From: Prorocentrum cordatum
Lineage: Eukaryota
Reading direction: 5' to 3'
NCBI GenBank assembly: GCA_963575745.1
Contig: CAUYUJ010000287.1
Span: 1 to 64,000, forward strand
Length of the DNA: 64,000 nt
Shown: positions 39,071 through 53,345 of the stretch, piece after piece
How the letters are laid out: each line of letters starts with the position of its first letter
How positions within the stretch are numbered: position 1 is the stretch's first letter
The notes under the pieces: generated by a model
The model's input: the letters and a program-made list of their open reading frames with translations, nothing else
Database searches by the model: none
What the model was told of the DNA's origin: nothing
Position numbers and translations under genes: made by a program

Positions 39071-39669
39071 CCCCCGCCTTGGCATCGCTTGGACGTGTGC
39101 ATTTTCTGTTGTTGCTCGGCGAGGGCCATCGAGGAACATCCCATCATCTGGCACTGTGAAAACACGCGCGACACACCGAAAACTGCACGGGGGGGACTTC
39201 CGAGCGATGGCGAGCCCCCAGCCTCCCTTCGGCGGCACCCTACCATACTCACACTACGTGTGCGTCGCCCTCCCCAGGGGCGACGCGCACACCGAGAAAT
39301 CCCATACGATGTGTATCGTGGCGGGCGCTTTCTGGCCGCACCGCTCGGGGAACGGCACACCACGAGATGGGCCGCGTGTCCGGGTCGGGCGCACGCCTCC
39401 AGGGAGGACCTATATCGTATCAGTGTGCCTCTGTGCGTCCCCTCCCTCCTTCCCCCGCCCCTCCCGCTCGCCTCCCGCCCCCCCCCGCCCGATGCATCTG
39501 GTGGCTGAGTTGGGGGCAGCGGCCCCGGCCGCGCGCTGCGGCGGGGCGGCCTCGGTGTCGGCCCCGCCCCGCGGCGCGCGCGGGCGCGCGCCGCGCAGGC
39601 GGACGGGGCCGCGCCGTCGCAGCTCCTGAACGCCTTCGGGGTGCCTGCGAAGGCCCCTGGGGTGGGGGT

Positions 39670-39704
39670 GGTGACGCTGGTGATGATGATGCTGATGCTG
39701 ATGC

Positions 39705-39764
<60 letters not shown>

Positions 39765-39786
39765 CTGATGATGGTGATGATGGTGC

Positions 39787-39818
<32 letters not shown>

Positions 39819-40215
39819 CTGATGCTGATGATGCTGCTGCTGATGATGAGTATAGTGATGGCATGATGATGAGGTCGATAAGGATGTGGGTGAGGACGAT
39901 GATGATGATGCTGATGATGATGCTGATGATGCTGATTCTGATGATGGTGGCTGGTGATTGTGATGATGATGCTGAGGATTATGATGCTGATGCTGATGAC
40001 GATGCAGCTGCTAATGATGATGATGCTGCTGATGATGATGACGATGATGATGATGATGGGTAGGATCTTGATAATGATGATTATGCTGCTGATGATGATG
40101 CTGAGGATGAGGTCGATAAGGATGAGGGTGAGGGTGATGACGATGATGATGCTGAAGATGCTGATTGTGATGAGGATGCTGATGATGATGACGATGCTTA
40201 GGCTGGTGATGATGC

Positions 40216-40246
<31 letters not shown>

Positions 40247-41149
40247 GCTGATGATTAGGATGATGGTAATGATGATGCTGCTGATGATGATGAGGATAGT
40301 GATGATGATGTTGATGATGAGGTCGACAAGGATGAGGGCGAGGGTGATGATGATGGTGTTGATGATGCTGATGATGATGACGATGATAGTGGCTTGAGAT
40401 GATGATGATGATGATGAGGATGCTACTGCTGATGATGATGCTGAGGATGCTGATGATGATGTTGCTAATCACGATGATGATGCTGATTAGGCTGATGATG
40501 CGGCTGCTGCTGCTGATGATGATGATTAGGATGATGATACTGATACTGATGATGATGATGATGATGATGAGGATGATGATGCTGATGATGAGGGCGACAA
40601 GGACGAGGGTGAGGGTGATGCTGATGATGTTGATGATAATGATGACGGTGAAGATGATGTTGATGGTGATGATTCTGATGATGATGTTGTTAAGGATGCT
40701 GATGATGATGCTGTCAATGATAATGATGCTGATGAGGATGCTGCTGATGATGATGCTGTTGTTGATGATGCTGATGCGGATGCAGATGATGCTGATGCTG
40801 ATGATGATGATCATGATCATGATCATGATGATGATGATGCTGATGATGTTGATGATGATGACAAGGTTGGTGCTGATGATGATGAGGATGATGATTTGGA
40901 TGATGATATCGCTGATCCTGCTGATGATGCTGAGGCTAATCATGATGAGGCTGATGATGATGAGGTCGATAGGGATGAGGGTGAGGGTGATGATGATGCT
41001 GATGATGCTGTTTGTGATGAGGATGATGATGCTGCTTCTGATGATGATAATGATGCTGATGAGGATGCTGATGCTGCTGATGATGATATACTGATGATGA
41101 TGATCATGATGATGATGATGATGATGACTGATGATGGTGATGATGGTGC

Positions 41150-41181
<32 letters not shown>

Positions 41182-41197
41182 CTGATGATGATGATGG

Positions 41198-41229
<32 letters not shown>

Positions 41230-41252
41230 CTGATGATGGTAATGATGATGCT

Positions 41253-41296
<44 letters not shown>

Positions 41297-41299
41297 CAG

Positions 41300-41392
<93 letters not shown>

Positions 41393-41412
41393 GGTCGATA
41401 AAGATGATGATG
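39670..41412. repeat. Degenerate (GAT)n tract with a recurring fixed motif
   Basis: (GAT)n interspersed with gaggtcgataaggatgagggtgagggtgat-like motifs. Confidence 0.95.
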
Positions 41413-41562
41413 AGGCCAATCAACCGACACCAACCCCGGCACCAACGGCGCCAGCTACTGGCTCCGACTCCAGCGCCCGCCCCAATAACGACTCCGACTT
41501 CGACGCGCGGCAGTTGACGCGACAAAGGGCGGACAAATCCTGCCCCCCCTCACCACATCAAG

Positions 41563-42555
41563 CACCGACCCCGTCCCCGGGAGGTCTGGACCAAACGGCT
41601 TCCAGCTCCCGTTCCCACCAGCACATCGACTCCCGCATCGACCAGCTCACCGACCCCGTCCCCGGGAGGTCTGGACCAAGCGGTTCCCGACTCCCGCTCC
41701 GAGCAGCACATCGACTCCCGCATCGACCAGCTCACCGACCCCGTCCCCGGGAGGTCTGGACCAAGCGGTTCCCGACTCCCGCTCCGAGCAGCACATCGAC
41801 TCCCCCATCGACCAGCTCACCGACCCCGTCCCCGGGAGGTCTGGACCAAGCGGTTCCCGACTCCCGCTCCGAGCAGCACATCGACTCCCGCATCGACCAG
41901 CTCACCGACCCCGTCCCCGTCTGGACCCGGTTCCCGACTCCCGCTCCGTCGACTGACCAGCTCACCGAAGGTCTGGACCAAGCGGTTCCCGACTCCCGCT
42001 CCAGCAGCACATCGACTCCCGCATCGACCAGCTCACCGACCCCGTCCCCGGGAGGTCTGGACCAAGCGGTTCCCGACTCCCGCTCCGAGCAGCACATCGA
42101 CCCCCCATCGACCAGCTCACCGACCCCGTCCCCGGGAGGTCTGGACCAAGCGGTTCCCGACTCCCGCTCCGAGCAGCACATCGACTCCCGCATCGACCAG
42201 ACCCCGTCCCCGGGAGGTCTGGACCAAGCGGTTCCCGACTCCCGCTCCGAGCAGCACATCGACTCCCCCATCGACCAGCTCACCGACCCCGTCCCCGGGA
42301 GGTCTGGACCAAGCGGTTCCCGACTCCCGCTCCGAGCAGCACATCGACCCCCGCATCGACCAGCTCACCGACCCCGACGGCCCGTCCCCGGGAGGTCTGG
42401 ACCAAGCGGTTCCCGACTTCCGCTCCGAGCAGCACGTCGACTCCCGCATCGACCAGCTCACCGTCCCCGTCCCCGGGAGGTCTGGACCAATCGGTTCCCG
42501 ACTCCCGCTCCGAGCAGCACATCGACTCCCGCATCGACCAGCTCATCGACCCCCG
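41563..42555. repeat. 85-bp tandem satellite, ~11-12 copies
   Basis: Unit caccgaccccgtccccgggaggtctggaccaagcggttcccgactcccgctccgagcagcacatcgactcccgcatcgaccagct; consecutive starts at 41648 and 41733. Confidence 0.95.
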
Positions 42556-43259
42556 AATTCGGTGCACGACATTGGAGCAGGACGTTGCGCAGACGGGCCA
42601 TGGGAAGGGCCGGTGCTGGCGCACCCGTCTCCAAGCGCCCATCGGCCTCCATCTTCTTCGGGGACGGCTACCACTTCAATACTTTTCTACCGGCACCTCT
42701 ACTTGTCCATCTACCGGTGAGTTCCGGCTCCTTACCTCTCCGTGACCCCCCTGTTATCCTGTGGGGCCGCCCCTCCTCCTGCCACTTTCCAGCGTGATTG
42801 GAATTGGGGAGATATTCCATCACCCGCTGGTTTCAATACCGTTTGCCTTGATTTGCTGCCCTTGTATGGGCTGACGCTGTAGTTTAACCTTTTAGTATGC
42901 GTGCCGACCAATTTTGGCAACCACGCTGCCCACTCCTCGTCCTCGTCCTCGTCCTCCTCTTCCTCCTTCCCCCACTATCCCATAATATTGTTGGATTTAC
43001 GGCAGTGGCTGTTTTGGCCGAGTGGTTGGGGGTCAGACACAATGCATGCAACTTCGTCCCGACTCGTTTCGAGGGTAATTCGTCTCAGCCGCCATCTGGT
43101 TTCCTGCTGGTCTCACTCGGGAGGAAAGGGCGATGACGGTCCTGCGGCAGGGCTGCCTGCCGATTCCCCGGCACGAGTCGGACAATGATCAGGTGTGTGC
43201 GTTGTTTCCCTGTCGCCTGTTCCTCCCTCCTCTCCAAAATAGCGCTGGAAAAAATAAAG

Positions 43260-44745
43260 ATGAGGATGGGGGTGATGATGATGATGATGCTGTTGCTTCT
43301 GAGTGTGATGGTGATGGGATGAGGAGGGTGAGGAGGAGGAGGAGGAGGAGGAAGAGGATGATGTTGAGGAGGTGGAGGATGAGGATGCAGATGATGATGA
43401 GGATTGGGCTGCGGATGAAGATGTTGTTGCTGATGTTGATGCTGATTAACATGATGATATGATGATGCTGCTGATGACGATGAGGAGGTTCATGACGATG
43501 CGGTCGATACGAATGAGGGTGAGGGTGATGCCCATAATCATGCTGAGGATGCTGATTGTGATGAGGATGCTGATTGCGGTGCGGATGGTGATGCTGATGA
43601 GGATGGTGATAAGAAGATGAGGATGAGAAGGCGAAGGAGCATAATGATAATGATGATGATGCTTCTGATGATGATGAGGATGACGCTGATGAGGATGGTG
43701 AGGATGATGATGCTGATGATTATGATGATGGTTCACATACGATGTGATGCGGCTGGTGATAATCAGGATGATGATGAGTAGGTTTTTTGATGTGGTCGAT
43801 ACGGATGAAGGTGAGGGTGATGATGAAGCTGAGGATGTTGATTGTGATGCGGATGCTGATGATGATGAGGATGATGATGGTGATGGTGATGATGATGATT
43901 GCAATGCTGATGATGAAGACCATGAGGGTGAGGTTGGTGATGATGAGCTTGGGGATGATGGTTCAGCTGTTGTTGTTGATGATGGAAATGAATATGATGA
44001 GGATGCTGATCTGATGATGCTGCGGATGATGATGGGGACGATGAGGAGGATTCTGATGATGAGGGTCAGGATGCTGACGATAGTGAGGGTAAGGGTGATG
44101 AGGAGGCGCATGATTATGATGATAACAATGCGCGTGACGGTGATGATGATGACGATGATGATATTGATGATGCTGCTTGTGATGCTGATGCTGATGAGGA
44201 TTCTGATGACGAGTATGATGATGATTGTTGTTGTAGTTGTCGTTCTTGTTGATGATGATGATGGTGATGATGATGATCATGATGATGATGAGGAAGAAGA
44301 CGAACCTGTTGATGTCTAGTATGATGATACGGATGGTGCTGCTGAGGATGATGAGGATCATTATTCTGATGATTCCGATAAGTATGAGGTTCAGGGTGAT
44401 GATGTTGATGATGATGCTGAGGATGCTCATTGTGATGATGATGGTGGTGCTGATGATGATGAGGATGGTGATGATGAAGAGAATGTTGAGGATTAATACG
44501 AAAATCATGATCATGATGATTATGATGGTGAATATGGTGTTTCTGATGATGATGGTGATCAAGATGACGATAATGTTGATGCTGCTGATGATGATGAGGA
44601 CGAGGAGGAGGATTATGATGATGAGGTCGATAAGGATGAGGGTGAGGGTGATGATGATGCTGAGGCTGCTTCTTGTGATGATGATGATTACGAGGAGTAT
44701 GGGGATGAGGATGGTGATGATGATGAGGATGAGGATGGTGGTTAA
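43260..44745. repeat. Degenerate (GAT)n tract
   Basis: Same family and motif as 39670-41412. Confidence 0.9.
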
Positions 44746-44818
44746 CATGTCGTTGTTGTTGCTGCTGCTGTTGTTGTTGTTTTGGTCGTCGTCGTCGTTG
44801 TTGTTGCTGCTGTTGTTG

Positions 44819-44855
<37 letters not shown>

Positions 44856-46930
44856 GAACATTATTAATTCTAAAGAATAATTATTGTTGGGCCCCCTGGT
44901 GCGCGCCCCCCCCGCCGCGCCTAGGCCGCAGCCACATTTTCATCATTTTCGTGAGGAAGTCTCAGGCAAAACGGGGTATACCAGATCCGGTTGTTTTGTT
45001 GACGCCCGCTTTCCCTTGCAAAAAACACTATAAAATGAAATCTCTTGTTCTAACATAACCAAACTTCAAGAATCCTTTGCAACAAATGACACGAAGTGCA
45101 CACTCGCGCGCGCAAGATGAAATCCTTCCAAAACCTTAGTTTTCGTAGCGATTTTAACATAAACAACATGAAAACCCCAATGGTTTTTCAAAAAAAAAGT
45201 TTCAGTATTGCGCCCGATGCGTGCCATTAGGGACAGGCGTATGCCAGAAGACGATGAGCACAAAGACTCGTCTCTTTAGTATGCTTCCAGAGCACGTATG
45301 TGTCCAGACCCGCGGCGCCGTGTCCTGCTCCTCCTCCTCCTCCTCCTCCTCCTCCTCCTCCTCCTCCTCCTCTGGCGGGGGGCGTGAGGATCCGGCATCG
45401 CTGACATGGGACAACCATCGGGACCACCATCGGAACAACCATCGGGACAACCATGGGGACAACCATCGGGACAACGATCGGGACAACCACAACCATCAGG
45501 ACAACCATCGGGACAACCATCGGGACAACCATCGGGGCAACGATCGGGACAACCATCGGGACAACCATCGGGAGAACCATCGGAACAACAATCGGGACAA
45601 TCATCGGGACAATCATCGCGACAACCATCGGGACAACCACAACCATCAGGACCTCCAACCAGAGAGAGGTAGCCACGTGTATTTCGTAGAAGAATGAGCC
45701 AGTATTGCACATTGAGGCCGGAACGACAACCACAGAACAAGAATGAGCATATAACAACAACGGAAACAAGTCCTGTGGTATGCTGGCGCCACGCGCGTGG
45801 TACCACTCAAAATAATCTTTGCTTGTGTGGTACAGAAACGGAAAAACGTCGGAAAACGGTACAGGTGTCCAGTGTTGGAACAGGGGGATAAGTCGTATAC
45901 TAAGCTAGCTTCCACAAAATGTTACCACAACAAGTCATTGTACCCATGCGCCAGTGTAGTAGCCAAGGTCGTCCGCAGGCCACGAAGTGAAGTGTCCGAA
46001 CGTCATAGGGCGGGAAGCTGGGTGTGGGTGGTGGCGAAGAGTCGTTTGGAAATTTGGTAGAGCTTGAACCGGCCCCCCCACAAAGTGGGGGTATTGCCCG
46101 CCTCCTATGAAAACCCTGGCACTGGTGAGAACGGAGTGTCCCCACGTGCTAGTAATTGTTGTTGTTGTTGTTGAACATTATTACTTCTAAAGAATAATTA
46201 TTGTTGGGACCCCTGGTGCACGGCCCCCCGCCGCGCCTAGGCCGCAGCCTCATTTTCATCATTTTCGCGAAAGTTCAGGCAAAACGATGGAGTCCAGATC
46301 CGGTTGTTTTGTTACGATCGGTTTTCCCTTGCAAAAAAAGCTAAAGTGGACATTTCTTGTTCTAACATAACCAAACTTCAAGAATCCCTTGCAAAAAATA
46401 AGGTAAAGTGGACATTCGCGCGCGCAAGACGAAATCCTTCCAAAACCTTAGTTTTCGTAGCGATTTTAACATAAAAACATCAAAAAAACCAATGGTTTTC
46501 TTTTAAAAAAAAATGTCAAAATTCATCCCGCGCGCTCTTGCGGATTCGTAGGAAACCCAACACTTTTTAAACATTTCTGTCAAACGGGCTTTTGCGAGCA
46601 ACTTTTTCGAACTTCTGCAACAACGGTTGCGCACCTGCCAGGGCCATCATCCCTGTCAAATAATACCATGCGGGACACATTCGTTTTTTCTTCGCGCGCG
46701 CACGCCGTCGTCGTCGGCCGCGGGGCCCTGAATAGTAGCCACGGTCGTCCGCATGCCACGAAGTGAAGTGTCCGAACGTCATAGGGCGGGAAGCTGGGTG
46801 TGGGTGGTGGCGAAGAGTCGTATGGAAATTTGGTAGAGCTTGAACCGGCCCCCCCACAAAGTGGGGGTATTGCCCGCCTCCTATGAAAACCCTGGCACTG
46901 GTGAGAACGGAGTGTCCCCACGTGCTAGTA

Positions 46931-46990
<60 letters not shown>

Positions 46991-47865
46991 GAACATTATT
47001 ACTTCTAAAGAATAATTATTGTTGGGGCCCCCTGGTGCATGGCCCCCCCGCGCGCCTAGGCCGCAGCCTCATTTTCATCATTTTCGTGAGGAAGTCTCAG
47101 GCAAAACGGGTGAGTCCGGATCCGGTTGTTTTGTTCCCCCGCTTTCCCTGCAAAAAACAATATAAAATGACATTTCTTGTTCTAACATAACCAAATTTCA
47201 AGAATCCCTTGCAAAAAATAAGGTAAAGTGGACACTCGCGCGCGCAAGACGAAATCCTTCCAAAACCTTAGTGTTCGTAGCGATTTTAACATAAAAACAT
47301 CAAAAAACCAATGGTTTTTCAAAAAAAGTGTCAAAATTTCATCCCGCGCGCTCTTGCGGATTTGTAGGAAACCCAACACTTTTTAAACATTTCTGTCAAA
47401 CGGGCTTTTGCGAGCAACTTTTTCACGTGCTTCGAACTTCTCCAACAACGGTTGCGCACCTGCCAGGGCCATCATCCCTGTCAAATAATACCATGCGGGA
47501 CACATGCGTCGTACTGGTTTACCGTGGTTTCCTATTCTAGCGTCAGGAACACGTTACCACCAAAAACCAGTACAGGTGTCCAGTGTTGGAACAGGGGGAA
47601 AAGTCGTATACTAAGCTAGCGTCCAGAAAATGTTACCACAACAAGTCACTGTACCCATGCGCCAGTGTAGTAGCCACGGTCGTCCGCAGGCCACGAAGTG
47701 AAGTGTCCGAACGTCATAGGGCGGGAAGCTGGGTGTGGGTGGTGGCGAAGAGTCGTTTGGAAATTTGGTAGAGCTTGAACCGGCCCCCCCACAAAGTGGG
47801 GGTATTGCCCGCCTCCTATGAAAACCCTGGCACTGGTGAGAACGGAGTGTCCCCAGTCTTAAATG

Positions 47866-47866
<1 letters not shown>
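44856..47866. mobile_element. Three tandem copies of a non-coding (GTT)n-embedded element
   Basis: Copies at 44856-46155 (with an internal insert), 46173-46931 and 46991-~47866. Each begins gaacattatta..tctaaagaat and ends near gagaacggagtgtcccca, and they are separated by (GTT)n. Confidence 0.85.
45408..45650. repeat. 12-bp tandem repeat (gggacaaccatc) inside the first (GTT) element copy
   Basis: About 20 units by inspection. Confidence 0.9.
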
Positions 47867-47919
<53 letters not shown>

Positions 47920-48116
47920 CGCGAGGACACTACTGGAGGCCCGTTGCTCGACCCCCCCCCCCGAGCAACACCACGGGGCCACGCACGGGCCCTGCAGGGC
48001 CCCTGGTCCGAGCAACGCCACGAGGCCTCGCCAGACCGCTGCGGGGGTCTGCAGGGCCCGGCGGCGTTGCTCGGCAGGTCCTTTCGAGACTGCTGCGGAG
48101 CCCCATACAGGCCCCA

Positions 48117-51100
48117 AAGGGCGCACCCCTCTCACGGATCGTGGCTCAGGGAGCTCCACCGAAGCTTGGTTTCGGCGCACCCCTATCACGGATTGTGGCC
48201 CTGGCCACACAGGGAGCTCCACCGAGGCTCCATGTCGGCACACCCCTCTCGAGGATCTTGGCCCTGGCCCCACATCCACCGAAGTTTGATTTCGGCGCAC
48301 CCCTCTCACGGATCGTGGCCCTGGCCCCACAGGCAGCTCCACCGAGGTTCCATTTCGGCACACCCCTCTTGAGGATCGTGGCCCTGGCCCCACAGGGAGC
48401 TCCACCGAAGCTCGACTTCGGCACATTCCTCTCGAGGATCGTGGCCCTGGCCCCACAGGGAGCTCCACCGAAGTTTGGTTTCGGCGCACCCCTCTCACGG
48501 ATCGTGGCCCTGGCCCCACAGGGAGCTCCACCGAGGCTTCATTTCGGTACACCCCTCTCGGGGATCGTGGCCCTGGCTCAACAGGGAGCTCCACCGAGGC
48601 TTCATTTTGGCACACCCCTCTCGAGGATCGTAGCTCTGGCCCTACACGGGGCTCCACAGAGGCTGCACTTCGGCACACCCTTCTCGAGGATCGTGGCCCT
48701 GGCCCCACAGCGAGCTCCACCGAAGCTAGATTTCGGCGCATCCCTCTCACGGATCGTGGCCCTGGCCCCACAGGGAACCCCACCGAGGCTTCATTTCGGC
48801 ACACCCCTCTCGAGGATCGTAGCCTTGGCCCCACAGGGAGCTCCACCGAGGCTTGATTTCGGCACACCCCTCTCACGGATCGTGGCTCAGGGAGCTCCAC
48901 CGAAACTTGATTTCGGCGCACCCCTCTCACGGATCGTGGCCCTGGCCACACAGGGAGCTCCACGAGGCTCGAGGATCGGGGCCCTGGCCCCACAGGGAGC
49001 TCCACCGAAGCTTGATTTCGGCGCACCCCTCTCACGGATCGTGGCCCTGGCCCCACAGGGAGCTCCACCGAGGCTTCATTTCGGCACACCCCTCTCGAGG
49101 ATCGCAGCTCTGGCCCCACAGGGAGCTCCACCGAATGTGGATTTCGGCGCAAGCCCTCTCGAGGATCGTGGCCCTGGCCCCACAGGGGCCTCCACCGAGG
49201 CTTCACTTCGGCACACCCCCTCTCGAGGATCGTGGCCCTGGCCCCACAGGCAGCTCCACCGAGGCTCCATTTCGGCACACCCCTGTCGAGGATCGTGGCC
49301 CTGGCCCCACAGGGAGCTCCACCGAAGCTCGACTTCGGCAAATTCCTCTCGAGGATCGTAGCCCTGGCCCCACAGGGAGCTCCACCGAAGCTTGATTTCG
49401 GCGCACCCTTCTCACGGATCGTGGCCCTGGCCCCACAGGGAGCTCCACCGAGGCTTCATTTCGGTACACCCCTCTCGAGGATCGTGGCCCTGGCTCAACA
49501 GGGAGCTCCACCGAGGCTTCATTTTGGCACACCCCTCTCGAGGATCGTAGCTCTGGCCCTACAAGGGGCTCCACAGAGGCTGCACTTCGGCACACCCCTC
49601 TCGAGGATCGTGGCCTTGGTCCCACAGGGAGCTCCACCGAAACTTGATTTCGGCGCACCCCTCTCACGGATCGTGGCCCTGGCCCCACAGGGAACCCCAC
49701 CGAGGCTTCATTTCGGCACACCCCTCTCGAGGATCGTAGCCCTGGCCCCACAGGGAGCTCCACCGAGGCTTGATTTCGGCACACCCCTCTCACGGATCGT
49801 GGCTCAGGGAGCTCCACCGAAACTTGATTTCGGCGCACCCCTCTCACGGATCGTGGCCCTGGCCCCACAGGGAGCTCCACCGAGGCTCGATTTCGGCACA
49901 CCCCTCTCGAGGATCGGGGCCTTGGCCCCACAGGGAGCTCCACCGAAGCTTGGTTTCGGTGCACCCCTCTCACTGGCCCCACAGGGGCCTCCACCGAGGC
50001 TTCCTTTCGGCACACCCCTCTCGAGGATCGTGGCCTTGGTCCCACAGGGAACTCCACCGAAGTTTGATTTCGGCGCACCCCTCTCACGGATCGTGGCGCT
50101 GGCCCCACAGGGAGCTCCACCGAAGCTTGATTTCGGCACACCCCTTTCGAGGATCGTGGCCCTGGCCCCACAGGGAGCTCCACCGAAGCTTGATTTCGGC
50201 ACAGCCCTCTCGATGATGGTAGCTCTGGCCCTACAGGGGGCCCCACCGAGGCTTCACTTCGGCACACCCCTCTCGAGGATCGAGGCCCTGGCCCCACAGG
50301 CAGCTCCACCGAAGTTTGATTTCGGCGCACCCCTCTCACGGATCGTGGCCCTGGCCCCCCAGGGGGTCACCGATGCTTCACTTTCACACCCCCCAACACG
50401 AGGATCGTGGGCCTGGCCCCACAGGGAGCTCCACCGAAGCTTGGTTTCGGCGCACCCCTCTCACGGATCGTGGCCCCGGCCCCAGAGGGAGCTCCACCGA
50501 GGCTCCATTTCGGCACGCCACTCTCGAGGATCGGGGCCCTGGCCCCACAGGGAGCTCCACCGAAGGTGGATTTCGGCACACCCCTTTCGAGGATCGTGGC
50601 CCTGGCCCCACAGGCAGCTCCACCGAGGCTTCACTTCGGCACACCCCTTTCGAGGATCGTGGCCTTGGTCCCACAGGGAGCTCCACCGAAGCTTGATTTC
50701 GGCGCACCCTTCTCACGGACCGTAGCGCTGGCCCCACAGGCAGCTCCACCGAGGCTCCATTTCGGCACACCCCTCTCGAGGATCGTGGCCCTGGCCCCAC
50801 AGGCAGCTCCACCGAAGTTTGATATCGGCGCACCCCTCTCACGGATCGTGGCCCTGGCCACACATGGGGGCTCCACCGAGGCTTCACTTCGGCACACCCC
50901 TCTCAAGGATCGCGGCCCTGGCCCCACAGGGAGCTCCACCGAAGCTTGATTCCGGCGCACCCCTCTCACGGATCCTGGCCTTGACCACACAGGGAATTTC
51001 ACCGAGGCTTCATTTCGGCACACCCTTCTCGAGGATCGTGGGCCTGGCCCCACAGCGAGCTCCACCGAAGCTAGATTTCGGCGCATCCCTCTCACGGATC

Positions 51101-51665
51101 GTGGCCCTGGCCCCACAGGGGGTTCCACCGAAGCTAGATTTCGGCGCACCCCTCTCACGGATCGTGGCCCTGGCCCCACAGGGAATTCCACCGAGGCTTC
51201 ACTTCGGCACACCCCTCTCAAGGATCGTAGCTCTGGTCCCACAGGGAGCTCCACCGAAGCTTGATTTCGGCGCACCCCTCTCACGGATCGTGGCCCTGGC
51301 CCCACAGGGAGCTCCACCGAGGCTTCATTTCGGCACATCTCTCTCGAGGATCGTGGCCCTGGCCCCACAGGGAGCTCCACCGAAGTTTGATTTCGGCGCA
51401 CCCCTCTCACGGATCGTGGCCCTGGCCCCACAGGGATTTTCACCGAGGTTTCACTTCGGCACGCCCCTCTCGAGGATCGTGGCCCTGGTTCCACAGGGAG
51501 CTCCACCGAAGCTTGGTTTCGGCGCACCCCTCTCACGGATCGCGTCCCTGGCCCCACAAGGAGCTCCACCGAGGCTTCATTTCGACACACACACCCCTCA
51601 CGGATCGTTGCCCTGGCCCCAGAGGGAGCTCCACCGAAGCTTGATTTCGGCGCACCCTTCTCACA
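48117..51665. repeat. 60-bp tandem satellite, ~58 copies
   Basis: Unit gcacccctctc(ac/ga)ggatcgtggccctggccccacagggagctccaccga(a/g)gctt(g/c)atttcg. Confidence 0.97.
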
Positions 51666-52220
51666 GGAGGAGGAGGAGGGAGGCGGAACAATGAGGGGAA
51701 CGACGCGGACGAGGTGTCAGAATCATGCCGCGGGGGCAAGTGGCTTGTGGGCTCGTGGCAGCCAGGCGTTCATACTTACGTTGCGTCTTGATCTGTCGAT
51801 GCCAGCTCTTCTTAGCATTGAGGCGTAGCTGTTCCAACGGGTGGGATTGATCACCCGCCAATCGGGGCGAGGAGGGGGAGGACGAAGGAGGAGGAAAAGG
51901 GGGGATGGGGTAGAGAAGGAGGAAGAGCATGAGAATGAGGAGGGAAGATAAGGAGGGAGTTGGACGAGGGAGGAAGGGGAGGGAGATGATGATGATGATG
52001 GAGGAGGAGGAGGAGGAGGAGGAGGACGTGGAGGATGCGGAGGGGGATGGAGGAGGAGGGGAGGAACAGGGAGGAGGAGGGAGGCGGAGGAGTGAGGAGA
52101 AGGGAGCTGGAGCGGGTTAGGAGAAGGGAGCTGAAGGGAGAGCGAGGAGGAAGAGGAGGACGACGAAGGGGGAGAAGGAATATAATGTGTGTGTCGGCGC
52201 GACGGCGACCCCAGCGCAAC

Positions 52221-52314
52221 AACTGCAACGTGTGGCCTGGGGCAGTGCGCTCGCCCCGGGGGCGAGGACACTCCCACGGGCCCCGCCGGGGTGGCCTGAG
52301 AGAGTGTCCTTGCG
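52221..52314. repeat. 94-bp hairpin-rich element, copy 1, followed by (GAT)n
   Basis: 93/94 identical to 57463-57556. Confidence 0.85.
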
Positions 52315-52324
52315 ATGATGTTGT

Positions 52325-52371
<47 letters not shown>

Positions 52372-52405
52372 CTGATGATGATGATGCTGATGCTGATGCT
52401 GATGC

Positions 52406-52542
<137 letters not shown>

Positions 52543-53286
52543 AATGGATGATGGATGATGGTGATGGTGATGGTGATGGTGATGGTGATGATGGTGATGC
52601 AGGATGCTAAGGATGCGCTCTTTTGGTACCCCCCTGGGGTTACCCAGAGCATGGACCCATGGAAACGCGCAACAGCCCAATAGCGTCGCAGATGCCCCGT
52701 TGTAGAGGAGGATGAGGTTGAGCAAGAGCAGCAGGCGGAACAGGAGGAGCAAGAGGAGGAGCAGGAGCATGATGAGGGGGATGATGAGAATGATGAGCAG
52801 TTGGGGGAGGATGGGGATGAAGAGAAGGAGAAGGAGGAACCGTATTAGTAGGAGGTGGCCGAGCGAAGATGTGGATGAGGAAGGTTTGGAGGAGGTTTGG
52901 CATAGATTCACGGAGGGTCTCAGGAACGGGTTCATGCTTTTGAGGTAGGGCAGAACGAATTAGCCGGCCCAACGGGCCAGAGGCATGCTAAGATCTCCGG
53001 TATCTTTTTAATCATATTCTGCTTTGCGCGCGCGTGGCGGCCCCTGGGGGTCCCCGGACGAAAGGTACCATGGCCGACCCCCGGCGGATCCCCAGGCGAT
53101 CCCCGGCCAGATCCCCCAGAAAGCTCCAGGGGAGGGCAATTTTTCGACACCCCTCACGAGGATCGTGGCTGCCGAGGGGGGAGCCGCAATCGATCACCCC
53201 TCCTCTCGCCCCCGCGAGCTTCCCAAGAGGCTCCAGGGGCCCCCAAGACGCCGCCAAGGAGCTCCAAGAGGCCTCCAAAAGCTCCT

Positions 53287-53306
53287 AAGAGGCCCATAAG
53301 GACCCC
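53287..53306 (+). repeat. Left 20-bp target-site duplication of the retrocopy
   Basis: AAGAGGCCCATAAGGACCCC, identical to 56107-56126. Confidence 0.9.
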
Positions 53307-53308
53307 CC

Positions 53309-53345
53309 TCCGTAGCCATTTTGGCTCAAGCCATTTTGGCTCAAG
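53309..53345 (+). other. Dinoflagellate spliced leader plus tandem relict SL, genomically integrated
   Basis: TCCGTAGCCATTTTGGCTCAAG (53309-53330) is immediately followed by CCATTTTGGCTCAAG (53331-53345). Confidence 0.97.

Noticed and set aside
41563..42555. CRISPR-like appearance of the 85-bp array
   Set aside because: Units repeat in full with no unique spacers, there are no cas genes, and the context is eukaryotic.
48117..51665. CRISPR array or repeat-protein gene in the 60-bp array
   Set aside because: There are no unique spacers. The frame shifts between blocks and lacks a credible start or unique domain.
52221..52314. Hammerhead ribozyme in the 94-bp element
   Set aside because: CTGAGAG does not fit CUGANGA and no GAAA core is positioned appropriately.
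53309..53345. SL RNA gene
   Set aside because: The SL is followed by a relict SL and an mRNA body, not by a GT donor and SL intron.
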